Positions 60,601 to 64,000 of a DNA stretch of 64,000 nt are shown here, one piece after another (the stretch's first letter is position 1; each line of letters begins with the position of its first letter). The DNA is from Takakia lepidozioides (taxonomy: Eukaryota; Plantae; Bryophyta), in assembly GCA_030704615.1 (NCBI GenBank), contig CM060732.1:3100001-3164000 (forward strand). Direction: 5' to 3'. The translations under genes were made by a program, and so were the position numbers. The notes beneath the pieces were generated by a model. It searched no databases and was not told where the DNA came from. It saw only the letters and a program-made list of their open reading frames with translations.

Positions 60601-62750
60601 GACTTGAGGATTGGGGTTAAATCAAAGTTCCACTTGCACAATGGACTACTCCGGTACAGGCAAAAATGTCTCTACGTGCTGAAGGGGGGGATCAGAGATA
60701 GTCTCTTGAGAGAATGCCTGATGGCCGCCTTGCGAGCCACGGCGGAGCCAAGCACACCGCGACACTCTTGAAGAAAGAGTATTTCTGGCCCAAACCGAGG
60801 GAGGAGGCCGAGGAGTATGTCCAGACATGCACCACATGCTAACAAAACTGGAGCAAGTACAAAAAGCAAACGGGGCTGTTACAACCCTTGTCAATTCCAG
60901 AGGGGCCTTGGGAAAGTGTCTCGATGGATTTGATGACTGCTATGCCGCTTGTCAAAAGGATTCGATGCAATCATGGTGGTGGTGGATAGGTTCAGTAAAA
61001 TGGGGCCATTTCATCCCCACCAAGGAGACGGCAACGGCGCAGGAGACGGGGCGACTTTACTTCGCCCACGTCTTCAAGCATCATGGACTCCCGAAGGATA
61101 TTGTCTCGGACCACGATCCAAAGTTTACAAGTAAGTTTTGGAGGGCACTTTGGAAGAAAATGGGGACGGCTCAAAATGAGCACCGCCTTCCGACCTACGA
61201 CGGACGGCCAAACGGAAAGGGTGAATTCCGTGGTGAAGCAGATCTTGCGGAATTACGTGTCGACAGACCTATCGGACTGGGTGGAGCACTTGGATGCGGC
61301 AGAGTTCTGTTATAATAACACAAAACATTCCGCAACGGTGTGTTTCCCCCCTTCGTATTGGTTTATGGAAAAGCACCTCTGGTGCCGACAAGTTGGGCCG
61401 CCCAAGACGTTGAGGAACCGGCAGCAACGGCAGTGCTAGAAGAACGTGAGCGTTTGTTGAAGCTCGCAAAGTACAACATTGCCAAAGCTAGGAAACGGTA
61501 TGAAAACAGCAAATCGGAAGCGGAGGGAGGTTAAGTTTGAGGCAGGCACAGAGGTCTGGTTGAACATCAATAATTTTGGACTACCTCCGGAAGTGAGTCC
61601 GAAGTTTGTACCTTGATGGGGGGACCTTTTTGCATCCGGAAGGTTATGAATGAGATTTTGTATGAATTGGAGCTGCCGGCAAACAGCAAAGTGCATCCGG
61701 TATTCCATGTCTCCCCTTTTGAAGCCTTACTTCTCAAAGATGAAGCGCGTCCGAATCGGCCTCAAGTGTTGCGTCCGCCCCTGTGTTGTTGGATCATGAA
61801 AATGAACCTGAGTACGAGGTGGAGGCAGTGCTTAAGTCGAGGAGGCACAAGAATTGAGAAATGAAGTATCTCGTGAAATGGAAGGGCTATCATCATGTGG
61901 AGGCATCTTGGGTGCGTGCCTCAGAAATGGGGGATGCATCCGAGGCGGTTGCAGCTTTCGAAGGGCGACCTCAAGAGCGGAAGAAGCGTTGATGGGGACA
62001 TCAACTTTGGAGCGTGGGGGAGGAAATGCATGCTTAGTCCGGCTTAGCTAGCTCAGGAATCCGATTGCAAAAACTTGTATTGTACAAATTTTGTTATAAA
62101 TGAAATGGTTTCGAAATGTTATGCGTCCTATTTTGTTTGGAATGGTGATGCATGGTATGGTTGGCTAGTGTGTAGTTGGAGAGGTAACTTGGATTAATCG
62201 TGTGTTTGTGTAGTGCCAAAATCGGGTGACTCCACCCAAGGGCAAGGAAACTTGCACCTTCTTTGGGAGTTCACGTGCTAGTGCGCACCTGGCGCGTGCG
62301 CGTACTATAACTGCGCTACCGAGGGGGTTGCCTGGTAGTGCGGGCTAACGTGGAAGCTACGTGCTTCCGTTCACGTACTATAATCGGTAGCCTCGGACGA
62401 AGTTGTAGTGCGGCTTCGGCGTGTTCCCGTACCTCAGGTGCCAAGAAGCGACATCACAAGCGGTCGCATGCAAATGTTGTTGCAGTAAGACGATTCGATC
62501 CTCGGGGAGGATCCTTCCTTGGCCTTGAAGTGCACTGGGAGGAGCTTGAGAGGCCCCACCCTTGGCCCGGACTTGGAGGAAGTCGGCCGAACTAGCTAGT
62601 GGAGAGTAGAGTCAAGTGGGGGTTTGGTTCTTAGCCATGGGATGCCATGGTGCGGAAACAAACTCCTTGATGTGGGACGCCACAACTTGGATGTTCGTTT
62701 CTACGAAATAGACAAGTCGATGATGACAACGACTCCCTGTTGTAGGGGTG

Positions 62751-63460
62751 TGTCGCGCCTTTGCCTTGAGGCTAGGGGTCGGACACGAGAGGGGCTGCCC
62801 CTGTGGTGGGGGCAGGGCGACAATAGATGGCGGGGGCTAAAGCACCCTTGAGTTCCCAAGGCACTCAAGGAGCGGAGGCGCTCACTAGGTGGAGCCCCGC
62901 ACACCGTTGCGGTGCGGGGTGGTTCCACGAGGGTGGTGGTAGCTTAGTGGGACTTAGTGGGGGTGGCGTAGACTCACCATGGGGCGGAGACCTTGTGGTG
63001 GGAGTCGTGGGGAGTCTTGGGACTCATCACGGTCCAATGGGACCGTGTGAGTGGGCCAACTCACCGCGACTCATCACCGGGAATCGAGGGTTTTCGTGGT
63101 GATTTGCCATAAAATGGCATTGTTGTTTGTAGAAACCCCGCGGACAGTCACAGAAGTATATATGGGGAGTAGTAACCCCGAGAACGGTGCAAGCCCGTTG
63201 GTGACCAAAAACTTGTGAGCGTGCGAGCCGGAAAGCGACCAGGGTGTGGGGAGCTATTCCGGACTGCCATCGACCAAAGGGAATTTCCACTAGGCCCAAA
63301 TTGGGAGAGGGTCTTGTGGAGGAGTAAAAGGGGACCACTATGTCCCGGTGAGCAGCCGAAGCTCCGAGTTGGCCCGGCGGCCAGTTAGGGAGTTAGGCAC
63401 GCGCATCAGAGCGAGTAACTATGACTTGAAGGGGAGCTTACCGAAGTGAGGTGTGCGACA
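62751..63460 (+). repeat. G3 3' LTR
   Basis: TGTCGC...GCGACA, preceded by a GTAGGGGTG PPT-like tract. Confidence 0.93.
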
Positions 63461-63589
63461 CGCCGACTATTGAAAGGGCTGCCAGGAAGCAGAGAGGGTG
63501 CGCAAGGAAGGGGGAAGTGTGGGGAAGATGAAGTGAGAGGAGTTTGGAGCAAGGAAGTGTTGTTGCTGTCGCGGTTTGAAACGCGTAGG

Positions 63590-63870
63590 TCACGAGCGAA
63601 GGTCGGGCAAATGGCAAAGAAAAAGCGCAGCATTTAATATACCCATACCCTGGAATGAGGCGCAACATTTACTTCGACATGACATCCAATCGGAGGGTGA
63701 CGGCCCCACGTGGCTGCCAGATATCATCTCAAGAAAGATGTCCGGAAGCAGGGGGTGCGAGAGTTTGCCAATTCGCTCAGTGCCGACCTCCTGCGCAAGT
63801 CGGAGGCAAAGGCAGACAGAACCTGGTATAGGCTGAGCATAGACGCAATGGTGGACTACATATTTCAGGT
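63590..63870 (+). pseudogene. Possible N-terminal exon of another SWIM/MULE-type transposase
   Basis: IPIPWNEAQH..EGDGPTW resembles YIPWSHVND..DGPRTF at 16202. Ends at a CAG|GT donor. Confidence 0.35.
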
Positions 63871-64000
63871 ACAGCTCCTAACTCTTTTGTTGAGCTAATC
63901 TATCTCTGCTCCCCCAATAGAAGAAAAAGTGTGGACCAGGATTTCTAATCTTATGTGCGCATTCTTGACAGACGAAAATTCAGCAAGATTTGGCACATGA

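Larger units (their letters stand above)
52611..63460 (+). mobile_element. Ty3/gypsy chromovirus G3 (same family), 5' LTR truncated, interrupted by a CACTA element
   Basis: 5' LTR remnant 52611-53054, degenerate PBS 53057-53068, gag/PR 53108-54720, RT-RH-IN-chromodomain 59091 to about 61990, 3' LTR 62751-63460. Confidence 0.94.

Overview
Repeat-dense land-plant nuclear DNA. The lineage is probably non-seed (bryophyte- or lycophyte-like), but that is inference. There is one apparently intact host gene, a 4-exon PUX2-like ZnF-PUB-UBX gene at 11800-15348 (-). The rest is nested transposons: three copies of one chromodomain Ty3/gypsy family (G1 <1-6763, G2 22384-42993, G3 52611-63460), a 4.4-kb non-autonomous CACTA carrying PPR and OSB-like gene fragments, LINE, integrase and MULE remnants, and at least four members of an unusual Mutator-like (MULE) family. 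The standout is the complete 14.3-kb MULE E1 (27791-42132, 9-11 bp TSD). It encodes (i) a GCM/WRKY-like Zn + DDE + SWIM transposase, (ii) a divergently transcribed, intron-containing gene fusing a ParB-like domain (DGNHRLLA) to a bacterial-type beta-class N4C/N6A DNA-methyltransferase fold with an altered catalytic motif (DIPD), and (iii) an unknown conserved ORF. It also carries about 40 copies of a 22-bp palindrome, GGAAATGCGGYRCCGCATTTCC, in arrays upstream of its genes (52-53 bp period in the main array) and singly in introns. A diverged relative (E2, 18281-22383) encodes a homologous MTase protein and has its own motif variant, GGAAATTCGGCGCCATTTTTCC, at about 72-bp spacing. This looks like a transposon-borne ParB/parS-like self-recognition plus DNA-modification or anti-silencing system. 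The function is a hypothesis. Many frameshifts may be long-read indel errors.
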